DNA of 64,000 nt from Ruditapes philippinarum (Eukaryota): positions 1-64,000 of the forward strand of contig NW_026859652.1 in NCBI RefSeq assembly GCF_026571515.1. Reading direction: 5' to 3'. The notes under the pieces are model-generated. The model was not told the DNA's origin, ran no database searches, and saw only the letters and a list, made by a program, of their open reading frames with translations. Both the position numbers and the translations under genes were made by a program. Of the stretch, positions 51,411 through 64,000 are shown one piece after another. Position 1 is the first letter of the stretch, and each line of letters begins with the position of its first letter.

Positions 51411-54400
51411 TTAAGAGCTTTGGCTCTTTTTTCTTTTACACTCGCCCCATTTTAATTTTTGTCTGTTTTGTTTCAGCACTTCATTGACATCTCCCTGTAA
51501 CTGTAGCGTCTTCTTCAAAACTTTCCCATTATGAATTTCATGATTAAGTTTTGATTCTAAGTCTCTCACTTTCTCCAGAGATTTTCTTAGCTCCGGATTT
51601 AAATTGTCTTTTGTAATATCTTTTATCTCTGTATTGCTTTTAAGAATGACCTGATTATCATCGTATGTGCTGTTGCAAGACTCCAGGTTTTTGTCTAACA
51701 GTTTCTTCAGTTTCCCCCTGCTCTCTTTTTCGCAATGCATTTTTATTTGTAAAAAATAGAATTTGTTTTTGGGCTAAAATTTTTTACTTTGGGGTTTTTC
51801 AACTGCTACAGCTTGGGGGGAAAACCCGACCAACCCGTTGCAAAAATTTTTCATCGTCTTTCCCTTTTTCCCCTAAAACATTTTAAAAAGGGGTTTTGAG
51901 TAATAAACGCAGCTTTTGCTTTTTTTCTTTCCCCCTTTTTAAATGTCCTGCAATCAGTCAAAAAGGTTTTTTAAGCGTTTTTAAAAATTTTCAAACCCAA
52001 AAACTACAAAAAAAAAGTAAAAATTTATAAAAAGCCAAAAAAGTTTGGGCATTTAAAGGTTTTGGGGCTATTTTTAACTTTTACTAAAAAAAAACAGTTT
52101 AATCCTGTAGCTTCTGTCAGTCTATTTTGTTCATCACGCGATCCTAAGACTTTTTCAATGTTTGTTGGAAGACTTTTACTTCTATTTACATCGCCATCAG
52201 CTTTTGTTGTTTGACTCATGTTCATTGTTGGAAGTGGCAATTTCTCTCGATTTGCCAGAGCAAGTTCTAAAATGATTAAACTTTTCATTAAATTAAATAC
52301 ATATGACCTACATTTAACTTTAAAATTTCGACAGTTATTTGATAAAAGATATGAAAATATGTTTGCGGAACCTTTAACTAAACATTGTCCTAAAACAAAC
52401 AAAATATGGTCAAACACATATATCGGTAGCATAAATGTACTCTAATAATACTCTAAATACTCTAGATAATTCATTAGAACATTAGAAGATTTATCCACTT
52501 AAAATGCCTCTCAAAGCAAATATCAAACTGGTTACTCTGAACCTTCTTGAAAAAAAAATTGATTTCCCTCGTGTAAAAATATTTTTAAGCGTATTAAAAA
52601 AACCATTTAACATCCCACAGTTTAATATCTCCCCCAAAAAATCTATTCTTATGAACTTTAAGAAAATTCTTTGATAATAAAAAGTGTTTACTTTTCCTTT
52701 GATTCTTGCATATGACACCGATATGGGTTTGAAGAACAGGGGCTGAAGAAATTTTCAGAGGTTTTCGTCGGCTATTTAATTTGGGTCTCCTGAAAAATTT
52801 GAATCTGTTCTTTCTTTTTCTAATTGTTGGCTTTGTCTTTGACCTCATGCATCTCTTCTGATCTATAAAAACAAAATCGTTAAACAATCACATATGAAAA
52901 GTATCATCGCCTTAGCACAATGGTTCACTACTTGGATCTACCTCTTCAACGAAAATTATTTACAATGTACAATTAAAACTTGCGTGCAAAAGAAACAGTT
53001 AGTTCTCCCATAGAGTAATTTCTACTTGTGTTGCAAAATTCTCTAAAACATTAAAAACACTTGCTCTGTTCTTCAGTTCATCTCTCATATAAGCCATGTA
53101 TGCTACTTACAATTGAATAATGAAATGTGAAAAGGTAACTCTATCAAGGGGAAACAACGTTCATTGTCGTAGCCCCGCTTTCTACAAAAAATATAACCAT
53201 TAGTCAGTATAAATATACATGTTATTCTTGAAATACTTATTAATTGCCCACCCCGAAATTTATTTGAATTTTGTTTCTTCAAAAGGGCTTTTTTATGTGA
53301 CTTATATTTTGGTGTTTTGGAATTTTCAAAATACTACAGTACTTTGTTAACATTTTTTATGATTAAAATAATTTTGCATTCAGTGCTATTTTCTTTAGAT
53401 AATCAGCAGGTAACATGCTATGAAAGCAGTATTAAACATTATAACATTCACATTTTAAGACTCAATTAAACCTAGTCAACAATTGTCATGTTATCTTGTT
53501 ATTGTTATTGTTTCCGAGGGATCACTTTTCCTCCAGATTTTTTTATGCTTTCCTTTTCTAAAGAAGAAAAAAATGTATCCGTTTATGAGGCATAATGTTC
53601 CTTTAACTAGAACAAATCAGATCGGATTTCATTTTAACCTTTATCCAATTTAGATTCTTCCTCAAAAATATTCTCCTCTCCCCCTACACATTCCCCTTCT
53701 TCGTTCTCCTTTTTCTTCTTCTGTTAAGAGTCATCCTAAACTAAATTTTAAGGTAGAAAATATCTTTTTGGCTTCATTCTGGTTCTAAAAAATTATTTAA
53801 TGTGGCTTTTAACATTTAACTTTCCAGTTACAAAAGATTAACTGATAATTCGAAATTCAAAAAATAATTTTCACATAACAATTAATAACATATTTTATCT
53901 ATCTATCAAATATGATATTTAAATATAAATTTAACCGTTCTTCGCGGGTTTAGATATTGCCGGTATGATACGGACATTTTGGACTCTGGAAATGAAAACA
54001 AGGCTATGTTGGCTTTGATATGGATTGTATATGAATAATTTGCTCTCGGGAAATGAAAACGACGTCACTGGGGGTTCGATGTGAGCCTTTTGTGCTGAAA
54101 ATAATAAATAGGCTAAAATGATAAGATTTGATCCAACAATTATATATTGAAACAACGCGTGGTACAAATGCTGAAAGTAAATTTTATTTCATTTCATAAG
54201 ATGTGAAAATTATAATTTTATACTCTTTATGTGTGCATATTACAATTAACCTGGATGAAATATTTTTACATGACAAAGACACCTTTACCCGAATAATCTG
54301 CCGATGTTTCAGAAGGTTTTGAAGGTATTGATTTAGGAGTGCCAGACTTGTCCGTTCCAGATTGCTGAACTTTACTGCAGGTTTGTAGCGACTTTGTCGT

Positions 54401-57400
54401 GCCTTCGCTGTAACTGATTCGTTTTCTGGGAGAGGGAACTGGTGGTTTATTCAGTATTTTAACTGAAAGAAATATGTTTTCATACAAGATTAAGTGCCTT
54501 CATTATAACGTTTTGAAATACACTGACTTTATAGAATTGATACAATAAAAATAATAAATTCATTTCAAAATGCACAAGGAAAATGAAAATTTGTAAAATT
54601 AAGGCAGAATATGGTTATAAGATAATATGAAAAGAATTACACAAACATGGTTATAAGAGAATATGAAAAGAAGTACACAGTCAGCTATATAAAAAGAATT
54701 ACACAATGAACATCTGTGACACCGAAATCACTCGACAATAATAGTCAGATAAAAGCTAGAAGCCGATTTAATTATCAGTTTTAGGACAGTTTATTTAAAC
54801 AAGAATATTCGTGGAATTATATCTCACCTTTGTTTGAATGCAAAGGTGTATGGTCGGGAAAATAACACCTTGTTGGTTCTGGGGTGGTCAATTTTATTAC
54901 TTCGACGCTGTTTGTATCGCTTGAATTGTCTTTGATATCTTTGATATCTATTTCAAGCGAATTTCCTACTTTCAAGCTATTTATATCTGCATAATACAAG
55001 ATTAAGCAATTATATCAGGTATTAATAACTAGAAGCTTAGAGAGGCAATAAGTTACAATAGTAAACAAAACAGACAGCACACTATTATGTTATTGAATGA
55101 ACAGTTTTAGCTGGAAAATATTAAGTGCTCAAATTATTTTAAAATTGTTTCCATTTTGGGTTTAATGTGTACAGAAATATTATGCAGAATATAATGACAA
55201 TGTACTGCTCTAATGTTTGAATTACATGTTCATCACATACATGTAATTCTAACATGCGTAGTATTAATAATTTTAACATAAGCAACATAAAAATATCACA
55301 TCCAACTGAGGGTGATGATATAGAAAGTTAACCTAGGCGTCGAAGAATCTCGTTCTTCGATTCACCCTCAGTGAAATGTGATATTTATTTTTATATCGAA
55401 AAAGTGCCTCTAGCGTCTAAGCGAGGGAGCTTACTAATACGAAACAAAATACCGAAAACATGTCATACGATATGCCCGTGAAGGCAGTTTGGTAATGATA
55501 GCAGGCCATAAGATGAAATTTACAACTAGTACCTTTTGTTAACTAAACGAATTAATAAATGTCAGAATGACAAAATTCCCTGTCTTTTGGAGAGAAATAC
55601 AGAGTTATTACCTGTTTTAGAATACTGCTTATTCCACCTCCTTTGTGGAATTTGTGGTGGTTCACTGATAGACATACTATCTTCTGATGTCATGTCAGTC
55701 AGTGACCTGTATTCTCCGCTCAAATCTCTAGGCTGATATTCCTCATACCGTTCTGTTTCTTCAATCTCAAATGAATGTTTAGAAAAGTTGTCAAAATTTA
55801 CTATTTCCGGTTTGTTTTCAGGTTTGCGCATTTTCATATACAATTCGTCTATTTCGTCCCTTCCATTGTCGCTATACTCTTTGGAGCAATCGAAATTCTT
55901 ATAGCGTTCAGTAAAATGTAGCTTATTACTTTGGTGATCTTCCATCATTTCTAAGTAGTCATTTGTTCTCAAAGTTGTTGAAATTTCCTTTCTGCAAATA
56001 TACTCATTGTCGTCGATATTGTCGTCAGTGTCTGAACATTTCTGTACTTTTTCACCTGTAGTAAAATATGTTGACAATGAAAGATGAGACATTTTTACTT
56101 TTAACCATTTCTTGAACACAATAATTATGAAATTAAGAATGTAAAATTCAACAAAGAAAGAAAATGCAATTCCAGCAGCTGGCTCCCTCAACCAGATTAA
56201 TAAAACAAGCAAATTGGATGTTAAAATAGCCAATCGTAATTGTTAACTTTGATAACGGAATGTGTTCTGCTGACCTTCAGAATCAAGTATCTCTGGTATT
56301 GCCAGCAAATCTGCAGCTTCGTACCGTCCAGCGTTTGTAAGTGCATCAACGAAATGAGAGTACCAAAATTCGTGTCGCCTTGGGACCATATCAAGTAATT
56401 TATCTGTCGCGGCTAGAGAACCAAACATCCGTTCTGTTTGTATAATTTCTTCTTTATCTTCTGAGGAAATGACGTTATAAGCCCAGAGTATTTGCACCAC
56501 CTCTTGTGGTACAATTAACTCACGAAGAACAGGTGTTATTATTTTCAAATATTGTCTTTGGTATGTATGGTCAACAGGCTCTTCTCCTCTTAAAGTGTCG
56601 ACAATGCATTTATATCCTGCAAACACATATAGATGTAAATGTATACAATTATACATTTACACACAGACAATCTAGAAAAATTAAATCGTTCGAGATCTAT
56701 GAATATGGAAATTACAGACTGTTCATGGGCAATTGTAAAAGTTGGAATCACCGGTGCCTCTAGCATAGACTTAACTAGCATTCATTCTTCAATCCTATCA
56801 ATTTTTGAATAAATGACCAGAAGAAAACAAGATTATTTATACAGTTCACATCGATAAAAAACAAGTATCGTGTAAATGATAAACATATATCTGTTTGTGG
56901 TAATGATATGATGGCAGACTCAATCATTCGAGTGTTTTAATTATTATATTATGTTGGTTTTAATATGTTTTATTCAGAAATTTAAAAATGAATAAATTAG
57001 CAACATTAAGGAAACTGAAAAGAAAGCCTTATAAAAAAGCACCATCTACATTTATTCATATCAGTTCTTATTGTCAGTGGTGGTTCAATTAAGTAAATTA
57101 CAGTAGTTTAGAATATTAAATTAAAAAATATATATTCGTAATTATTAGAAAATTATTTTTAAAACACTTAGAACTAGATCAAAAAGAAAATTTAGAAAGA
57201 TGAAATGGATTGAAGAACTTCATATGTGATTGTCAGACATACAACTAACATTTTTATCATTTTATATTATGTTGAGTTGCAGGTGAGTTACAGTAACATT
57301 TTTTCTTCATCTAAGCGTACATTTTCTATAGAAAGCTAAACGACACCAACATTTGCTGTTAGTAATCAGGCAATATGAAAAATACCTGATCATCAGTTTT

Positions 57401-59149
57401 AATAATAAACTTGACATTATACTATATCATGGCATTGTTATAAGGCATAGTGATTTAGTCTCAAGATCATTGGGCATAATATGAATTAAGTCTGAAATTG
57501 GAATTACCACATGCTTCCAATGCTTGCATGAATTGTCTCCAGCGTCCAGGCTCTGTGTTGCTTCCTGAACATAACTCATCAATGAGGTATATTATAGCAG
57601 CATGTGGATCTCTTTCTTCAATGGCACGGATTTTACATTCAACATTGTCTGAAAATAGAGACAGTTATTATTGATCTATTGACAAATATAAAAATGCCAT
57701 GAGTTTTAGTGTTAAAAATAAATAAACAACAAAGAGCAAAAATGAATATTAATTCTTGAACATGTCATTGTTTTATAAGCATTCAAACATATGAAATACT
57801 TGAAAATTCTGCGATATTGAATTTGGCTGCAAAGCACTTTGAGCGAGTACGAGATATTATTGATATATGTATATTCCATTAAATTGCACCAAAAACTCGA
57901 ATTATGACCTCAGGAATTTCAAACAAATAACATAACTTAGTTCTATTGTTTTTTTGTTTTTTTCAATATGAAATGGTTTCCACAATGAAAACATACTGTC
58001 TTACAGATCTCTTTCTTCTATCAGATTACAGCATTATAGTGATAAACTGTAAATGATTTTTTTTTTCAATTTTTACTTTAAGTAAAAGAAGAATTTGTAC
58101 TATGTGCTTACACAAAAATGGTAAATGAGGTAGCAGTCTCTTCACGTTGACGTTTTTAACAATGAGTGGCTTGAATATCTTGACCATCTGTTCATAATTA
58201 GCTCGGCGTTTAGGAAACCCATGATAAACATTAGCATGATCATTCTGAAATTAATAATAAACTAAGAATAGTAATTATAAGACATATACACAAGAATAAC
58301 ATAGGTTTAAAATATCAAATCACAAGAATCTGGACGTAAAATCATCATGTTATCTTGAAATTCAAATAAAGCCTGACTCTCTCAGTTAAAATAAACTTTT
58401 TTCAACATACATTTTTATGAACTGACATTGGTTGTTTCTGTTCCGTGTCTGACAGGTCCATCTCGAGATCTAAAAAGGAAATAACGTCATGAATATCCTG
58501 TGTGCAATAGGCTTTGAATTAAAGTTTACACAAACACATCGATTGCCCATTTAGTTAAATGTATGTGCACTGTGCAAGCTTAACATTTGTCAATAAAAAA
58601 AATGCTGTTATATAATATACATGTATTTGTTGTGTATTTTAAACGTTCCAGGAAGTTTTGTGGTTTAACTCAGTCGCTATTTGAAATTCTGCTACAGGTA
58701 ATATAATACAGGTGGTTTACAGAGGTTAGTTGTTGCACCCGCGACTTGATATAATGCTCATGCTAGGAAAGCCACATTCGACAAAACAATTGAGTCATTT
58801 AAAACTTAATTAAAAGACTATAACATAATGCAAAATAAAACTAACCATTAATCACGTCATAATGATCTGGTTGCTCGGGAGTCTTTGGTTTTGTTTCATC
58901 TTGAATATTTTCGGGGTTAACGGGCAATTTTGGTAATGTCTCTTGTAAAACAGTTTCATGATAGAAAAATTGACCGGAATCATATCCACATGCATCATCA
59001 TCCACACCATATGTTGTTCCCGTACTCTCATTGACTCTTGGAAGCCACACGTCAAGATCGGGATTACGTATTTCCCCGTTGTTTTCATCCGGTTCACCTT
59101 GCAAATGGTATGTAGGATCATGCATCGGATCATCTTGATTTATGGGTAA
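51411..59149 (-). CDS. Multi-exon gene: acidic N-terminus, RIG-I/MDA5-type tandem CARDs, disordered Tyr/Pro-motif region, coiled coil. Confident exons: 59149-58846, 58469-58411, 58244-58112, 57648-57508, 56616-56275, 56055-55612, 54986-54828, 54462-54283, 54094-53936. Further exons at ~53735-51411 lie in error-rich sequence and the 3' end is uncertain
   Basis: All nine exons have AG/GT ends and compatible phases. CARD1: YEQMVKIFKPLIVKNVNVKRLLPHLPFL...AAIIYLIDEL...EPGRWRQFMQALEACGY. CARD2: YQRQYLKIITPVLRELIVPQEVVQIL...DKEEIIQTERMFGSLAATDKLLDMV...WYSHFVDALTNAGRYEAADLL. A coiled-coil-like ORF lies at 51411-51740. Confidence 0.85.
55291..55386. repeat. Intronic hairpin element
   Basis: 'aaatatcacat..actgagggtga' and 'tcaccctcagt..atgtgatattt' are inverted arms. 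Confidence 0.6.
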
Positions 59150-62100
59150 CTGAGGATGTTATTAAGCACATGTTAAATGTTATGATAATGAGTGAGTCAA
59201 GATAAATCGATAAGTCTAAACCAGTATTTAATTATAATCGGCAAAATTAAAGCTTCTGGCAAACAAACGGTTATTGATGTTTTTAGAAAAAAATACATTC
59301 TAAATGATAAACTTTATTTCACAAATGAATACTGTGGAATTATACATATTCCATTACATTTGTTTGTAAAACGATGTTGATTTTTTTTCTCTCATTTTTT
59401 TCTTTTGTTTTTGTTTCTTATGTTTTTTATGTTTTGTGTTCTACTGAAATAAACACGCAAAACTGTTGTTAAAAAGGGATTTTCCCGTTTTCAAAATCCA
59501 TTTAGGGCAACATAGAAAATCACATGATCCGAATAAGATAATAAATTTTCTCTTCAGCAGAAAAGGAAGAAATGAATGATAACAAGCATTAATACGGTAA
59601 AAGATAAATACGTTTAGAAAACAAAATATGCTTAGTAATGTCAAAAACAAATTACTCATTAACAATGATGACAAAGCTGTGTTATCAAATTATAAATTGA
59701 CAAATAACGCAAATTCAAATATTAAGCTAGTTCATACAAAAAGTACTAATGTAAAAAAAGAAAGTAATTAACTAACCAAATAAAACAATGAAAAGACAAA
59801 AAATAACGACAAAATATATATAAAGACAACAAAAATGAGAGTTGCGGAAATTTCAAAACGAAGTGACTTCAAGCGAAAAGCTCGAGAAAGCGTCACATAA
59901 CAATAAAAAAGAAAAATAACTGTTGAAAACCATAATACTGTCCTACTAAAAATATTAAATGAACCAACATGAATTCAAAAACATATACATACAGGTCCAA
60001 AGCTTCCTAAAATATAATTCAATCAACAAAAATGTATCTGCCTTAATAATCGACAAGTAAACATTTTAGTAACATACTTCTTTATTGTGTTGTATCGGAT
60101 AATGGTCTCTAACCATAAGTTATTATATCATTGCTTACGGATCAAATTTTATAAGATCGATGTTTACAAATATGGTTTAAAATCATTGCTGGTAAAAGTG
60201 TCAAAACATTTTTATGCTGGTATTTCTGGCAGAAACATATGTATTATTCTCTAGTTTTATGTAGATAGTATTAACCCGTGCTGTTTTCAACTTTTGATGA
60301 CAGATGCTTTTAGAAACCTCCAGTCACTGTTTGCGGAGAGTACCTTCAAGTCACTTTTGATTACATAATATCAACGTCTGTTTTAAAAATGAATGGAATG
60401 ACAACACAGACAGACTCGGTGCGTAATTTTGATTTTCGAAATATAAGATCAAATATGAGATAAGGGAGCTATCCAGCTAGCTAACGGAGATCTTATTTAT
60501 TCAGATCCATTCTGCACCTGATAAATAAACCTGTTTTGAACAACGTGTTCTTATCTGTTACGCACGTTAAATATTTTTCGCATGACGGATTAAGAGTCAT
60601 ATCTCAAATGATACAAATTCTTTCTTTATATCGTTTATGTCAACAAGAGGTAGTAATTCAGCTAAAATTGATGAATTTCACGCTTTTCAGATTTTATGAT
60701 ATCTTTAAGTAAACACTATCGTTTTTTAAAAAAAATCGTCGTGGTCGTGAATAAACTAAACTGCATTATTTCTGCTTGTACTTCCTGTTAAACAATAAGA
60801 GTTCAATAAATGACTCATTCAAGTACAGACTCTAGTACTTTGATAGGCAAGTATACCGACATCTAGCAACTTAAAAAATCATTTAAATCAAACGGTGAAG
60901 TTAAAAAATCAGACAGTTCATATTTTGAGCAAAATTACAAACACTTTTCAGGGCATGTTCAGCATTAATGTAGAGAAGGCACCAAAGGTTAGGAGCTTCC
61001 CTGCCAGACTGAGCACATAGGAAACGGCTGCTAGATATTTACTTTATCATCAGCGATTTTAGGGGACTCGAAAAACCAAGTAACGATCACTGGACCAATC
61101 AAGATGACGAACAACTTCATCTAGGGATTAGACAATGCTTAAAATGTCTCCAATGTATCATTGAACATTCATTACCCGAAGTATCATTATGAGCACTAGA
61201 TGTCATGTAAGTAACCCTAAAGCTCAAAGATGTCTAAGTAAAATTGCTCTCTTGTGTGATCAACCTTGCAAGAAATTTTTCAATATTAGCAATAGATTGA
61301 TGTATATTCTGGGAACTTATTGAATATATCATATTTTATATGACTAATACTTCTTTGGAGAAAATATCGGTTACTATTGATAAAAGTGATATGGTAGTAA
61401 TTGTTACTTACGTCATCAAAATAATTCCACCTGACAGGCTTAAAGTTATCCCTGACCCGGTATCTCTGGAAAAAAGAAATTGGTCATTAAATGTTGATGG
61501 GGTATACATAGTGTCGAACTCGACATAGAAACTTACTCCTACAAAAAAAAACAACCGAGGCAGCCTATTCGTACAGACATAATCCTTCACCATTATTGTA
61601 CATAATTCAATAAAAATATGAAGTTCTGCAACTAACTAAAAAGTCGTCCTCTAAAATACTTCTTTTTTTATACATTTAGAATGTTACACGACAGGGTATC
61701 TCTGCTTATCTCTTACAGTTATATTTCAATTATCGCCTTTCTTGCATAAACGTTTAAAAGAATATTTTTAAAGTCTTCAACTCGTCAACAATTTGCCCGG
61801 GAGTTTTATGTGAAACATAAAAAATAATCAGCCAGATATTTGAGATTTACGATCTTTACAAGCCATATTTACTTTTTAAAACTGTTTCTGCCCAAAGGTT
61901 TTACAAGACTTATAAGATGTTCCAAATATTTGAGATGTCTGTGTATTATTATGCATTTTAAACGTCTATCTTCGTCTTACATGGACAGGACCAGTCAAAC
62001 TTGAAATAACTATTTCTCAAAAAATCTTTCTATTAGGCGTTATCCAAGAGATTTAATAGAAACAGCAAATATTTTTAGTACCAGATATATGAATTTCAAT

Positions 62101-63396
62101 ATGCCGGTAAATATAATACTGCTCTGATCTTCAGACTTCAAAATGTAAGTTACTAAATTTAGAACGTCTTCGTCACACGAATTTTGGTAGTCCATATTTT
62201 TAATGGCGATATCATGTACCATTTCAGCATTGATAATAAACCCTTTGCATAATTCTCTGTCTGCTTAACTTGCCTTGTTTGAAGAATTAATGGCTCAACC
62301 GATTTATAAGATGTCTTGTTCCAGACAACAAAAACGGTTCCTCCTAAGGGTCAAAGATGAATATAAAAATCAATATGATAACCAATATGAAGTAACAAAA
62401 AATTAGGTCAAATCTAAAATTTATATGATTGATTGGAAGTGATATTCAAACAAAACAAATCTTTGGCAAAAAGCAAAGCATTATAATTAACATTAACCTT
62501 TCTCATGTGGAAAATGGTTTTTGAAAACACAGTGATGAATATGGTACTTATTTATGACAAAAAACTATATCGTTTTAGAATTACAGTACCCGTAGTCGGA
62601 AAGTACGTTGATTTAAACATAATTCGTTTTAAACATTACCTTATTATCATGCTTCGATATTTTACCACCCATGATAAAAAAAACTTTAAAACAATCCAAA
62701 ATGTGTGTTATGTCACAATGTCTAATTCATCCATTTAACTGATTGAAATAGGAAGTTATAAAAAATATTATATAGGGTGTATTTTGGTTAAAAAAGGGTT
62801 TTTCCAATGAGTTCATACACTCACGGGTAGAATGTTTACATATGATAATGATAGTCTATTTCACAATAACTTTTTCGGTAAGGGTCACGTCCTTAATGAT
62901 ATGACATCTCAGCTATATGGAACGTTACAATCATATAGTTTGTAAGAAAAGCTGTTAATACCTGTAATACCTTTTTAAAAGTCACTCCATTTCAATGTGA
63001 AAAATAAACAATGAAAAAGACTATAAACTCAAATATCATATTTCAAAATGTTTAAGTCGCTTTGTTATATTTAGCCTACTATATGCTACGTCATGTATTC
63101 TATAAATGCTACGTTCATAGATGTCGTTATAGTTACGTCAACTAAATTGTACAGTATTTCTTAATATATTTTATCAACTTGCTTGGGTTTTTTTTACATT
63201 TTTTTAATTTATATTTTTTCGTGAGAAGTATTTAAATGGTAATAGATGTTTTATTTTTAGAAACATCGACCAATAAATATTGTTTTGTTTTATTAGGACA
63301 AAGACAAAGATTATCGAGCATTAGGGTACATTTTTATACTAGAACTCACGCCACTTGAGCAACTTAATTCTCAAAAAGTTTAATTACACTTATTAA

Positions 63397-63750
63397 CCAT
63401 TTCCCTCATGAGCATATTGTGAAAAAATGGACGTTTTCATTGAAAGGCCTCCTGTTACAAGTTCAAACTGCTATGAAACTATGAAAAATGCTTCAATACT
63501 AATCAAAGTTGGCACAAATATTGGCCATTGCCTTTGTAACGACATGCTCAGTCTTAAATTCCCTGTTACCATGGCAACGAGGGGACATCTGAAAATTGCC
63601 AAAAATCGCTATTTTGCGTTGATTTTTTCCAACAAGTTTGATTTCAAAGTACTGCAACTTCTCAATGGATTGAGATAGAGTCAACGTCTGTTCAGCGTTG
63701 GTTACACATAACCCTATGACCGTCAAAACACGTGTATATGAAGTAAAGGG
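63397..63750. mobile_element. piggyBac-like MITE (TTAA TSD)
   Basis: TTAA|ccatttccctcat ... atgaagtaaaggg|TTAA; carries 'gttaccatggcaac' at 63565-63578. Confidence 0.65.
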
Positions 63751-64000
63751 TTAAGTAGAGAAATTTTAAATAATGTTTTCATATTGCGTAAACATGATCA
63801 TACAATTAAAACAGCAAAAGCCATACTTTACATCAACATATTTTTTTCCTTTTCTATTCTGGTTCCAAATAGTTTTTACATTTTTCCTTCATGGGAATAT
63901 GTATTTTGTTTGTGAATGTATCTAGTGACAAAAATAATGCTCTGTGTGTTCATGTCAACGATGGGAGAGAACCTATGAAGAAAGTTTTGCCATGGAAAAC

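Noticed and set aside
51411-59149. Calling the CARD gene RIG-I/DDX58, MDA5 or MAVS
   Set aside because: No helicase motifs or CTD were seen, and it has two CARDs with no evident C-terminal TM anchor, so no symbol was assigned.
61340-62340. Protein-like fragments on the minus strand (e.g. HRHLKYLEHLISLVKPLG, LVTYILKSEDQSSIIF)
   Set aside because: Multiple stops and no recognisable family; possibly a decayed gene or TE, but unsupported without a search.

Overview
AT-rich eukaryotic genomic DNA with spliceosomal introns and dense repeats. The gene families and SINE/MITE types suggest a bivalve mollusc, probably a clam (inference). Left end: four internal/terminal coding exons of LYRM7 (complex III assembly factor) on +. 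From about 8.5 to 59 kb everything genic is on the minus strand and looks like an innate-immune cluster. (i) A birth-and-death array of RING-less B-box/B-box/coiled-coil/beta-propeller (TRIM-like) genes, each with a single coding exon: two intact, one with an internal deletion, two decayed relics. (ii) A small stand-alone cholera/pertussis-toxin-fold (R-S-E class) ADP-ribosyltransferase gene, with a copy of the TRIM-like genes' leader-exon/promoter module upstream of it. (iii) A multi-exon gene with RIG-I/MDA5-type tandem CARDs fused to a disordered Tyr/Pro-motif tail and a coiled coil, with no helicase visible. Interspersed repeats include Academ-like and IS3EU-like non-autonomous DNA transposons, TTAA- and TA-target MITEs, SINEs, Tc1 and LINE relics, and a Penelope fragment with a hammerhead ribozyme. 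Segments at about 7.7-8.5, 45.6-46.7 and 48-53.8 kb show homopolymer inflation typical of poor consensus, so reading frames there are unreliable. Family assignments were made by eye; no database searches were run.
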